Origin: Candidatus Bathyarchaeia archaeon
GTDB lineage: Archaea; Thermoproteota; Bathyarchaeia; Bathyarchaeales; Bathycorpusculaceae
NCBI GenBank assembly: GCA_049970895.1
Contig: JBMFMB010000025.1
Coordinates: 320-16,790 of the forward strand
Direction of reading: 5' to 3'
DNA length: 16,471 nucleotides
The notes below the pieces were generated by a model, which did no database searches, was not told where the DNA came from, and saw only the letters and a program-made list of their open reading frames with translations. This document shows positions 8,866 to 15,824 of the stretch, piece after piece (within the stretch, counting starts at the first letter, position 1; each line of letters begins with the position of its first letter). A program made the translations under genes and the position numbers.

Positions 8866-9623
8866 GCCGGTTTCTTCTTAGTTTGCTTGCTGGGATTTTT
8901 ATTGGAGGAGCTGCTGGTTTCTTAGGTTCATTGATGTTGCCGAAACGGATGTCCTTGGTGGCTGGTCCTTTAGGTCATTTAGCCTTGCCTGGAATTGCCT
9001 TAGCTTTGATTTATGGCTTTAACATCTCCTTGGGAGCTTTCCCATTTGTTATTTTAGGAATAGTTCTGATTTGGCTTTTTGAGAGGAGAACAAAACTGCC
9101 GACTGAGGCTTTAACCGCTGTCGTGTTTGCTACAGGCGTTGCCATTGCCTTTTTCTTTTTGCCAATTGAACAGGCAGAAGCAGCCTTAGTCGGAGACATT
9201 TCAAGCATACAACTTGATGATGCAGTTTTTTCCATCGCCCTGTGCATGCTCGTCTTTTTCGTTGTCGAAAAAATCTATTCTAAAATGACTTTGATAAATA
9301 TCTCTGAAGACTTGGCGAAGTCTCAAAAGATTAATGTTGAAAAATACAATTTGGTTTACCTTTTACTGATTGCTTTGATTGTTGCTTTGGGAGTGAAGGT
9401 TGTTGGTGGACTCCTAACTGCGGCTATTGTGGCGATACCCGCTGTTACGTCAAGGAATTTGGCTAAAAACCTCGCCCAATATAAATTTTTATCCTTGAGC
9501 TTTGGCATTACAAGCTCAGCCGCTGGGATTATTCTTTGGCATGTAACATCGTTGCCGGCAGGGCCGTTAATCATAGTTGCTGGCGCCATTCTGTTTGTAA
9601 TTTCCACAATCTTTAAAAAATGA
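8862..9623 (+). CDS. znuB: Metal ABC transporter permease, ZnuB/ABC-3 family
   Basis: KRMSL..PLGHLALPGIA, LVGDI, KVVGGLL, IPA, LPAGPLII; GTGA overlap with the ATPase gene. Confidence 0.9.
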   Translation: MSRFLLSLLAGIFIGGAAGFLGSLMLPKRMSLVAGPLGHLALPGIALALIYGFNISLGAFPFVILGIVLIWLFERRTKLPTEALTAVVFATGVAIAFFFLPIEQAEAALVGDISSIQLDDAVFSIALCMLVFFVVEKIYSKMTLINISEDLAKSQKINVEKYNLVYLLLIALIVALGVKVVGGLLTAAIVAIPAVTSRNLAKNLAQYKFLSLSFGITSSAAGIILWHVTSLPAGPLIIVAGAILFVISTIFKK

Positions 9624-9632
9624 TTAAGGATG

Positions 9633-9977
9633 TTACTGTTGAGGGCTTCCTTCAAGTTCTCGGGGAACTATGTATATGGGTCTTCCTTCGCTGATGGCTT
9701 GGGCTGTTTTTCTTCTGGCTCTTTGGACGAGGCGCCAAACTGTTCCTCTAGAAACTCCCATTCTTTGTCCAGCCTCTTCTTGTGATAGTCCCTCTAAGTC
9801 AACTAGCCGGAAAGCTTCAAGTTCAGCTAATTCCAAGAATATTGGGTCTATGTTTCTGGGAGGGTTTGGGATGAAGCCATTAATTGGCGGCGTTGTTCCT
9901 AGCATCACTGGTTTTGGGAATCTTCCCCTTCTGCCGCATCTAAACCTTTGTCTCCACATGTCTGTGTCATCCTTCAT
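9633..9977 (-). CDS. DUF134 (UPF0251) family HTH DNA-binding protein
   Basis: GRFPKP, ELEAFRLVDLEGLSQEEAGQRMGVSRGTVWRLVQRARRKTAQAISEGRPI is the characteristic DUF134 pattern. Confidence 0.92.
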   Translation of the reverse strand: MKDDTDMWRQRFRCGRRGRFPKPVMLGTTPPINGFIPNPPRNIDPIFLELAELEAFRLVDLEGLSQEEAGQRMGVSRGTVWRLVQRARRKTAQAISEGRPIYIVPRELEGSPQQ

Positions 9978-9981
9978 TTTG

Positions 9982-10167
9982 TTAATATGTAAGCGGGGTG
10001 TCAGCCTCCTCCAAGACCCATAGCAAGGCTTGTTTTATGGCTTTTCTTGCAATGTTCTCCCGCTCTGTGAATGGGCCTTTGGTTTCTCTTTCCTTTTCAA
10101 GGATTTCAATCCATTTTCTAATCTCTTCTTCCTTTCGCATTTGCACAGCCCTCCTGTCATACTTCAT
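9982..10167 (-). CDS. Small helical hypothetical protein
   Basis: KEEEIRKWIEILEKE...ARKAIKQALLWVL; stop codon 4 nt before the DUF134 start. An AGGAGGG SD suggests the true start is at 10146 or 10140. Confidence 0.7.
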   Translation of the reverse strand: MKYDRRAVQMRKEEEIRKWIEILEKERETKGPFTERENIARKAIKQALLWVLEEADTPLTY

Positions 10168-10188
10168 TTAATGTTTCTGGGAGGGAAA

Positions 10189-10240
10189 GATTTATATATT
10201 TCTGTGCTTTTTCACATAATTAAAATGTGCATAAGCACAA
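10189..10240. promoter_or_regulatory. Divergent promoter: TATA element and two palindromic operators
   Basis: TTTATATATT 10191-10200; TGTGCTTTTTCACA 10203-10216; TGTGCATAAGCACA 10226-10239. Confidence 0.7.
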
Positions 10241-10252
10241 AATAGAATAGAG

Positions 10253-10585
10253 GTGAAAAAGAAAATGGCATGGGGTTGGAGAGGTAGAGGTGGAGGATGG
10301 GCTGGACCTTGGCCTGGAAGAGGTCCTTTCAGCTATTTGCCGCCTTGGCAGAGACCGGGATGGCTTTTCGGTTTTGGCAGAGGATTCGGCAGATGGCTGT
10401 GGGGCTACCCATATAACCCTTGGGTTTGCGCTAGGTTTCCGTGGCTTCCAAGATGGTGGTGGGCATATCCGCAATACTGGTATTGGCCCTCATATGCTGG
10501 TTATGCATGGCCCTACACAGCCTATAGCTGGGGATTCTATGGATATCCATACTGGCTTCTAACGCCTTACATGCCATATTGGTGA
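10253..10585 (+). CDS. Trp/Gly/Tyr/Pro-rich protein resembling the DUF5320 N-terminal region
   Basis: GRGGGWAGPWPGRGPFSYLPPWQRPGW and WVCARFPWLPRWWW; GAGGTGA SD at 10250-10256 suggests the start is ATG 10265. Confidence 0.8.
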   Translation: MKKKMAWGWRGRGGGWAGPWPGRGPFSYLPPWQRPGWLFGFGRGFGRWLWGYPYNPWVCARFPWLPRWWWAYPQYWYWPSYAGYAWPYTAYSWGFYGYPYWLLTPYMPYW

Positions 10586-10597
10586 GAGTGAATTAAG

Positions 10598-10912
10598 ATG
10601 ACATGGCCTTGGCCTAGAAGATACAGACGATGGTGGGCTTATCCACCTCAATATCCATACTCTTACCCGCCACCGCCACAGCAGTATCCATATATGCCGT
10701 ATGCTTATCCGCCGATGTATCCACAATATCCGCCGCCAGCACCGCCTATGCCACAGTCTTTAGAAGATGAGCTATCAGCCTTAGAAGACTACAAGAAGGA
10801 GCTTGAAGATGAGAAAGCCAGCATAGAACAAGAAATAAGCGACGTAGAAGCAAGAATAAAAGAGTTAAAGGCTATGCTTGAAAAGGGCGGAGGACAACCG
10901 CCGGGACCGTGA
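10598..10912 (+). CDS. Pro/Tyr-rich protein with acidic coiled coil, resembling the DUF5320 C-terminal region
   Basis: YPPQYPYSYPPPP repeats followed by EDELSALEDYKKELEDEKASIEQEISDVEARIKELK heptads. Confidence 0.85.
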   Translation: MTWPWPRRYRRWWAYPPQYPYSYPPPPQQYPYMPYAYPPMYPQYPPPAPPMPQSLEDELSALEDYKKELEDEKASIEQEISDVEARIKELKAMLEKGGGQPPGP

Positions 10913-11112
10913 AAAGTTTGAGTTTGCCAATGAAGCGTTTTCAATGCGCCAATTGCGGGCAAATAATTGAGATCCCTCAGGGAATCCCAAAACCAGCCAA
11001 CTGTCCAAGGTGTGGAGCACCAGCAATGATGATCCACAGGCTGGATAAGGGTCCGCCTGGAGGAAGACGCGGAAGGGGCGGAGGACCTCCATGGCAACGC
11101 ACTCTGCCATAA
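10909..11112 (+). CDS. Zn-ribbon/rubredoxin-like small protein with Gly/Arg tail
   Basis: FQCANCG...CPRCGA, then IHR and GGRRGRGGGPPW; GTGA overlap with the upstream gene. Confidence 0.82.
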   Translation: MKSLSLPMKRFQCANCGQIIEIPQGIPKPANCPRCGAPAMMIHRLDKGPPGGRRGRGGGPPWQRTLP

Positions 11113-11166
11113 TCTTCCCTTTTTAGTTTTACAATTTTGCCTAATTTTTAAGAGGTGATTTAAGAT

Positions 11167-11514
11167 ATGGGAGAGTTGAAGATGGCTGTTCCAACAAAAG
11201 CCTACGGTGGCCTAGAAGATGTTGTTTCAGAAGTTTTCGGCAAAGCTAAAACTTTCACCATAGTAGAGGTTGAAAATGGTCAGATCAGAAATGTGCAGGT
11301 AATTGATAACCCTGCCGCATCTTATGATTATGGTTCTGGGCCGGTCGCCGTGAAAACGCTTGCAGACCTTAAAGTAGATTTTGTATTGGCTGCAGAGCTT
11401 GGCCCAGGAGCTTCAGGACTGCTTGAGCACTATCATATAAGAAAGGTTTCGGTGAAACCAAACACAAAAGTTGCAGACGCCATAAAGGAGAGCTTGCCAA
11501 AACTAAAAGTTTAA
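11167..11514 (+). CDS. NifB/NifX family (dinitrogenase FeMo-cofactor biosynthesis-like) protein
   Basis: MAVPT..GLEDVVSEVFGKAKTFTIVEV, NP, GSG, VD.VLA.ELGPGA; GAGGTGA SD. Confidence 0.9.
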   Translation: MGELKMAVPTKAYGGLEDVVSEVFGKAKTFTIVEVENGQIRNVQVIDNPAASYDYGSGPVAVKTLADLKVDFVLAAELGPGASGLLEHYHIRKVSVKPNTKVADAIKESLPKLKV

Positions 11515-11532
11515 AAGTTAACGTGATTTGAT

Positions 11533-11865
11533 TTGGAAATAAGCCGCAGAAAAGCTCGAGAGCAAATTCTTAACCAAATTAAGTATATTAAAACCTGTGT
11601 TTTAGCTCGGGAGCTTTGTCTACTTATTCGAACAAATAGGGCGGTGCTTGAAAAAGAAGACATCCATCAATGGTGCAATTTTATTGCCAAGCTATGTATG
11701 GAAGCAGGCTGCGCTGAACCAAGCGATTTATGCGCAAAAGCCGCCGAGGCAGTTCTAAAAAGCGAAGAAAAATATTTGGAGCTTTGCGAGCAAAGCTGCA
11801 GAAAATGTGGCGAGCAAAGACAGCCTAGAAGGCAGCCTCCTCAAAGGACATTGTATGTTGCTTGA
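11533..11865 (+). CDS. Cys-rich helical hypothetical protein
   Basis: 110 aa with 9 Cys, including C-x6-C pairs and a CEQSCRKC motif. Confidence 0.75.
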   Translation: MEISRRKAREQILNQIKYIKTCVLARELCLLIRTNRAVLEKEDIHQWCNFIAKLCMEAGCAEPSDLCAKAAEAVLKSEEKYLELCEQSCRKCGEQRQPRRQPPQRTLYVA

Positions 11866-11879
11866 CGAACCACCTTAAA

Positions 11880-11896
11880 ATGTGAGTTGTTCACAT
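11880..11896. promoter_or_regulatory. Palindrome ATGTGA-N5-TCACAT upstream of the HTH regulator
   Basis: ATGTGAGTTGTTCACAT directly follows CCTTAAA in the intergenic gap. Confidence 0.45.
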
Positions 11897-11940
11897 GAAT
11901 ATTCAAGAAACAAGCTTTTCCGGCGTGGAAGGCGTTTGAA

Positions 11941-12396
11941 TTGAAGCCTCCATGTTTAGTTGTGGTGCGATACCTTTTGCCTTCTATAAATGCGCGTATT
12001 GCAATGGAGCTTATAGAGAAGCATGGAATGAAGAGAAGCGAGGTTGCCAAGAAAATGGGTATAACACCAGCAGCTGTCACACAGTACCTTAACAGTCTCA
12101 GAGGGGATGCAGCAATGAACTTAATTGAAAGATCTGAGGAAGCTGTTAAAATAATTGAGAAAATAGCCAGCGATTTGGCAAACGGCAAACCTTCAAATGA
12201 TGTCATAGAAAACATTTGTACAGTTTGCCATGCAATAAGGTCCAGCGGCCTAATCTGCAAGATACACAAAGATATGATGCCAAGTCTAAAGGGAAGGAAC
12301 GAATGTGAAATTCCGCCTGAGCTTTGCCATCTGCTAAAAAGAATCTCAACGAAAACGAAATTGCAAGAAAAAGGCGGGAAACAGGAATTCATTTGA
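11941..12396 (+). CDS. Archaeal HTH transcriptional regulator (COG2522-like) with Cys-rich C-terminus
   Basis: KPPC..VV.YLLP.I.A.IA.EL, EVAKKMGITPAAVTQYL..LRG; CTVCH, ICKIH, CEIPPELC. Confidence 0.85.
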   Translation: MKPPCLVVVRYLLPSINARIAMELIEKHGMKRSEVAKKMGITPAAVTQYLNSLRGDAAMNLIERSEEAVKIIEKIASDLANGKPSNDVIENICTVCHAIRSSGLICKIHKDMMPSLKGRNECEIPPELCHLLKRISTKTKLQEKGGKQEFI

Positions 12397-12457
12397 TGTG
12401 TTCTTTTTAGAATGAATAAAAACCTTAGCCTTATATTGTCTATTCTTAAGTGTATCT

Positions 12458-12979
12458 TTGGAGTTGCGAGGTATGTTTCTTTCGCTTAAGCCCATAGGAA
12501 CAGTTCATGTAGATTTTAGTGATAACGAGGTCAGAGCAAGCTTGGATGAAGGAGTTGAAGGCATCATAGAAGTTCATGAAGAGTTCATGGATGGACTAGG
12601 CGGCATTGATGGATTCTCCCATTTAATCATTATCGCTTTTCTTGATAGAGTTTCCGAAGAGCAGCGCAAGGTTCTCAAAGTCAAGCCTAAGCGTTTGAAA
12701 CTTTTTGGATTCAGCATAGAAAAGTTACCTGAAGTAGGCGTATTCTGCACTGATTCTCCGCATAGGCCAAACCCATTAGCTTTAACCATAGTAGAACTAG
12801 TCAAAAGGGAAGGAAGATATCTCAAAGTTAAGCATCTGGACTTGTTTAATGGAACACCTATACTCGACATAAAACCGTATACTCCATCAAGGAGAATAAA
12901 CGAAATTAAACTTCCAGTATGGTATCAGAAAATTTTAGAAGAAGCAAAAGCAAAATATCCACAGCTTAGAGATTTTTAA
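12458..12979 (+). CDS. tsaA: TrmO/TsaA (YaeB) family SAM-binding tRNA methyltransferase-like protein
   Basis: LKPIGTV, GL.GIDGFSHL, GVFCTDSPHRPNPL, LDLFNGTPILDIKPY. Confidence 0.92.
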   Translation: MELRGMFLSLKPIGTVHVDFSDNEVRASLDEGVEGIIEVHEEFMDGLGGIDGFSHLIIIAFLDRVSEEQRKVLKVKPKRLKLFGFSIEKLPEVGVFCTDSPHRPNPLALTIVELVKREGRYLKVKHLDLFNGTPILDIKPYTPSRRINEIKLPVWYQKILEEAKAKYPQLRDF

Positions 12980-13074
12980 ATGGCATGTTTTAAGAATCCA
13001 AGAAACTCTTTGACAGTAACATTTTGAACCAATCGATGTGAGGTTCAGGGTCTCTTTTAAACTCAGTCAAGGTT

Positions 13075-13100
13075 TTTATATTATTTTGTTAATAATCACA
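13075..13100 (+). promoter_or_regulatory. TATA box plus operator copy
   Basis: TTTATATT 13075-13082 followed by TGTTAATAATCACA 13087-13100 (11/14 identical to 10226-10239). Confidence 0.55.
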
Positions 13101-13116
13101 CAAAAGATGACATGGA

Positions 13117-13662
13117 ATGGGGCGTTCAACAAATTTTGGATTTCACACTCATAAAGAATGTGCTAGCTTTAGTAGTGGCTTCTGCATAATGAGTGGCATC
13201 GTCGTAGATCCTAATGGAACTGCTTGCCCAAATTTTACGCCAAAACGCATGATAACAACGCCTCATTCAGCAAGAGCGTTTCCTCAAGCTCAACAAACTC
13301 GATGGTTGCCACCGTACTTCTCAGAGTCAACTCGGCAATTCTATTATTCGCCTGGCTACATCCCAAACTTGTGGGAGATGTACAGCTACCAAATTTATCC
13401 CTGGAACTCATATGAATACTTTGATTATCTCATGATGCTGTGGTTAAATTTTCCGTTGTCATATGCGGAGTATTGTCGTCCAGCATATGTTTACGGATAC
13501 CAGCCATACTATGTGTTTACACATTCTCATCAACTTCCTCCACAAACACCTTATGAGGAGTTAATCATGTTAGAAGCCTATAGGAGGGAGCTTCAAGCTG
13601 AAATTGAAGAACTTGATGCAAGAATCAGAAAGCTTAAACGATGGGTTGAAATGGAACCTTAA
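13117..13662 (+). CDS. DUF5320-like Tyr/Pro-rich coiled-coil protein with N-terminal His/Cys motif
   Basis: HKEC...FC...CPNF N-terminus, Tyr/Pro-rich middle, EELIMLEAYRRELQAEIEELDARIRKLK coil similar to that of 10598-10912. Confidence 0.7.
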   Translation: MGRSTNFGFHTHKECASFSSGFCIMSGIVVDPNGTACPNFTPKRMITTPHSARAFPQAQQTRWLPPYFSESTRQFYYSPGYIPNLWEMYSYQIYPWNSYEYFDYLMMLWLNFPLSYAEYCRPAYVYGYQPYYVFTHSHQLPPQTPYEELIMLEAYRRELQAEIEELDARIRKLKRWVEMEP

Positions 13663-13679
13663 TACTTGGGGCATAAGTT

Positions 13680-14096
13680 ATGGAGGATGATGAAGAACTT
13701 AAAAGAATACGAGAAATGAAATTGAGGCAAATGATGGAAAAGATGCGTGAAACAGGAAGAAGAGGGAAAATTGCTCTGAATAAGCCAATAGTTGTGACTG
13801 ATGCAACATTTAATGAGGTGATAAGTGGGCATCCGCTTGTGGTGATTGATTGTTGGGCTCCTTGGTGTGGGCCATGTCAAATGGTGGCTCCCATACTCGA
13901 AGAGTTGGCAAGGGATTACGCTGGAAAAATCATCTTTGGAAAGCTGAACGTTGACGAGAACCCTATAACTGCCATGCAATTTCAGGTTATGAGCATTCCG
14001 ACACTTTTGGTTTTTAAATATGGAAAACTTGTGGATAGAGTCGTAGGCGCAATGCCGAGGCAGAAGTTGGAACTACAGATAACGCGTTACCTTTAG
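13680..14096 (+). CDS. trxA: Thioredoxin with N-terminal helical extension
   Basis: WAPWCGPC, KLNVDEN, SIPTLLVFK.G, GA; DEELKRIREMKL extension. Confidence 0.96.
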   Translation: MEDDEELKRIREMKLRQMMEKMRETGRRGKIALNKPIVVTDATFNEVISGHPLVVIDCWAPWCGPCQMVAPILEELARDYAGKIIFGKLNVDENPITAMQFQVMSIPTLLVFKYGKLVDRVVGAMPRQKLELQITRYL

Positions 14097-14107
14097 ACCT
14101 GATAAAC

Positions 14108-14299
14108 ATGACGACCATTGAGATAAAAATAGACTATGCTAAATGCGTCGGATGCGGAGAATGCGTTAAAGCTTGCAGCTATGGTGTGTTAGAGTGGCTT
14201 GACGAGAGGCCCGTGGTGGTGAATCCTAAAGATTGTGCATTTTGCTTAGAATGCGAGAAAAACTGTCCCGTTAACGCGATAACCCATAAGGAAAAATAA
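14108..14299 (+). CDS. 2x[4Fe-4S] ferredoxin
   Basis: CVGCGECVKACS and CAFCLECEKNCP. Confidence 0.95.
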   Translation: MTTIEIKIDYAKCVGCGECVKACSYGVLEWLDERPVVVNPKDCAFCLECEKNCPVNAITHKEK

Positions 14300-14344
14300 C
14301 AAGAGGTGTAAATCAAAGAATAAAAGCTTAGATATGGGATGCGT

Positions 14345-14551
14345 ATGTGTCTTTTAAAGGTTTACGTTGATAATGGAAAATCGGGTAGAAAGCTTGTTGC
14401 TGAAGGAATAGCTTTGGTCGCCAAAGAAAATGGTAGAATTAAACTTAAAAATTTGGAGTTAAAAGAGATAAGTTTGGATAATGCTGAAATCGTTTCCATC
14501 GATACACTAAATTCGGTGCTGCTTCTAAAAAGGAGGCGTGCCCAAACTTGA
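14345..14551 (+). CDS. cooT: CooT family nickel-binding protein
   Basis: MCLLKVY N-terminus (Cys2) when started at the second ATG; small beta-rich protein ending AEIVSIDTLNSVLLL; adjacent to cooC. Confidence 0.8.
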   Translation: MCLLKVYVDNGKSGRKLVAEGIALVAKENGRIKLKNLELKEISLDNAEIVSIDTLNSVLLLKRRRAQT

Positions 14552-15309
14552 AAATAATGGTTTGCGGAAAAGGTGGTTCAGGAAAATCTGTGGTTTCGGT
14601 TCTAATGGCTAAGGTGTTAACCAGAACCCATAAAGTGTATTTGATAGACTCCGACGAATCCAATGTTTTACTTCCCAAACTGCTAGGCGTAAATCCGCCA
14701 AAACCACTTGTGGAATATCTCGGAGGGAAAAAGAATCTCTTTTCAAAAGGTGAAGTGAACATTGTGAAGGCTTTAGCAAAGGCTGGCAAAGGTGTCAAAC
14801 TGGATAATTTGCCTTCGGAATATGTTTCCACGTCGCATGAAGGAATTAAACTTGTAACCATAGGCAAAGTCAGAAACTTCGGCGAAGGTTGCGCATGCCC
14901 ACTAAACTTTCTGACAAAAACGTTGCTCAAAAATTTAACACTAAATAAAAATGAAATAGTGTTAGTGGACACTGACGCTGGAATAGAACATGTTGGGAGA
15001 GGAGTAGAAGAAGGCTGCGACGCTATACTGGCTGTTGCAGATCCAACAGCTGAAGCCTTAACTTTGGCAAAAGTTCTGAAGGAAACATTTCAGAGTCTCA
15101 ATAAGAAATTTTGGCTCGTGTTGAATAAAGTGGCTCCTAAAATAATAAAGCCTATGAAGGAAAAAGCAGAGAATATGAAACTTGAAATCACTGGAGAAAT
15201 CAGATTTGATGAGGAAGTTTTTGAATCTTGCATGGATGGGGGAGTTTTACATTCAAAAGAAGCCTTAGCTGATGTAGAGAAAATCTTGAAAAACATTGGA
15301 CTAATCTAA
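14548..15309 (+). CDS. cooC: CooC-type nickel-insertion ATPase (CODH/ACS maturation)
   Basis: CGKGGSGKS, IDSDESN, GEGCACP (CxC), VDTDAGIEHVGRG, VLNKV; TTGA overlap with cooT. Confidence 0.92.
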   Translation: MKIMVCGKGGSGKSVVSVLMAKVLTRTHKVYLIDSDESNVLLPKLLGVNPPKPLVEYLGGKKNLFSKGEVNIVKALAKAGKGVKLDNLPSEYVSTSHEGIKLVTIGKVRNFGEGCACPLNFLTKTLLKNLTLNKNEIVLVDTDAGIEHVGRGVEEGCDAILAVADPTAEALTLAKVLKETFQSLNKKFWLVLNKVAPKIIKPMKEKAENMKLEITGEIRFDEEVFESCMDGGVLHSKEALADVEKILKNIGLI

Positions 15310-15415
15310 ACTCTTTTAACTGTCTTGATAAGCCTTGATTTGGATGGTCGTTATAACCTTAATAAATGAGTCCCCCATTAAAAGGATTATTGGACATAAG
15401 AGTGTAGTGATCGTG

Positions 15416-15823
15416 ATGAATGAAGAATTGATTAAATCGTTTTTGGATAAGCGAAACGTTTTTGCAGTGGTTGGGGCTAGCCGTGATCCTCGAAAATATG
15501 GTTATCAAGTGTATAGAGACCTTAAAGATGCTGGTTACAGAGTGTACCCTGTAAATCCTAATGCGCAGGAAATTCTGGGCGACAAGTGTTATTCAAGCTT
15601 AGAGGAGTTGCCTGTAAAACCCGATGTTGTTAATGTTGTGGTTCCTCCGGAAGTAACAGAGCGTATAGTCGAAACTTGTAAGAGACTTAGAATAACAAAA
15701 GTGTGGATGCAGCCAGGCTCCGAATCGGAAAAGGCAATAAGATTCTGTGAGAAAAATGATATAAAAATCGTCCATGGAGTCTGCGTTATGATTGAAAGGA
15801 AAAGAAGACGACAGCAGCCTTAA
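15416..15823 (+). CDS. CoA-binding protein (YccU-like)
   Basis: AVVGASRDPRKYG, VYPVNP, VWMQPGSES, CVMI; probable start ATG 15416 rather than the track's 15335. Confidence 0.92.
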   Translation: MNEELIKSFLDKRNVFAVVGASRDPRKYGYQVYRDLKDAGYRVYPVNPNAQEILGDKCYSSLEELPVKPDVVNVVVPPEVTERIVETCKRLRITKVWMQPGSESEKAIRFCEKNDIKIVHGVCVMIERKRRRQQP

Positions 15824-15824
15824 T

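Noticed and set aside
10583-10597. Two in-frame TGA codons between the aromatic-rich ORFs as recoding (Sec or Trp readthrough)
   Set aside because: TGA is an ordinary stop elsewhere in the window, two readthroughs would be needed, no SECIS is evident, and GGTGA/GAGTGA is explained as the downstream SD.
11167-11514. NifX-like gene as evidence of nitrogen fixation
   Set aside because: No nifHDK in the window; the family is widespread in non-diazotrophic anaerobes.
13662-15405. Half-matches to the operator (GGGCATAAG near 13670; GGACATAAG near 15392)
   Set aside because: Only the CATAAG core matches and there is no palindromic right arm.
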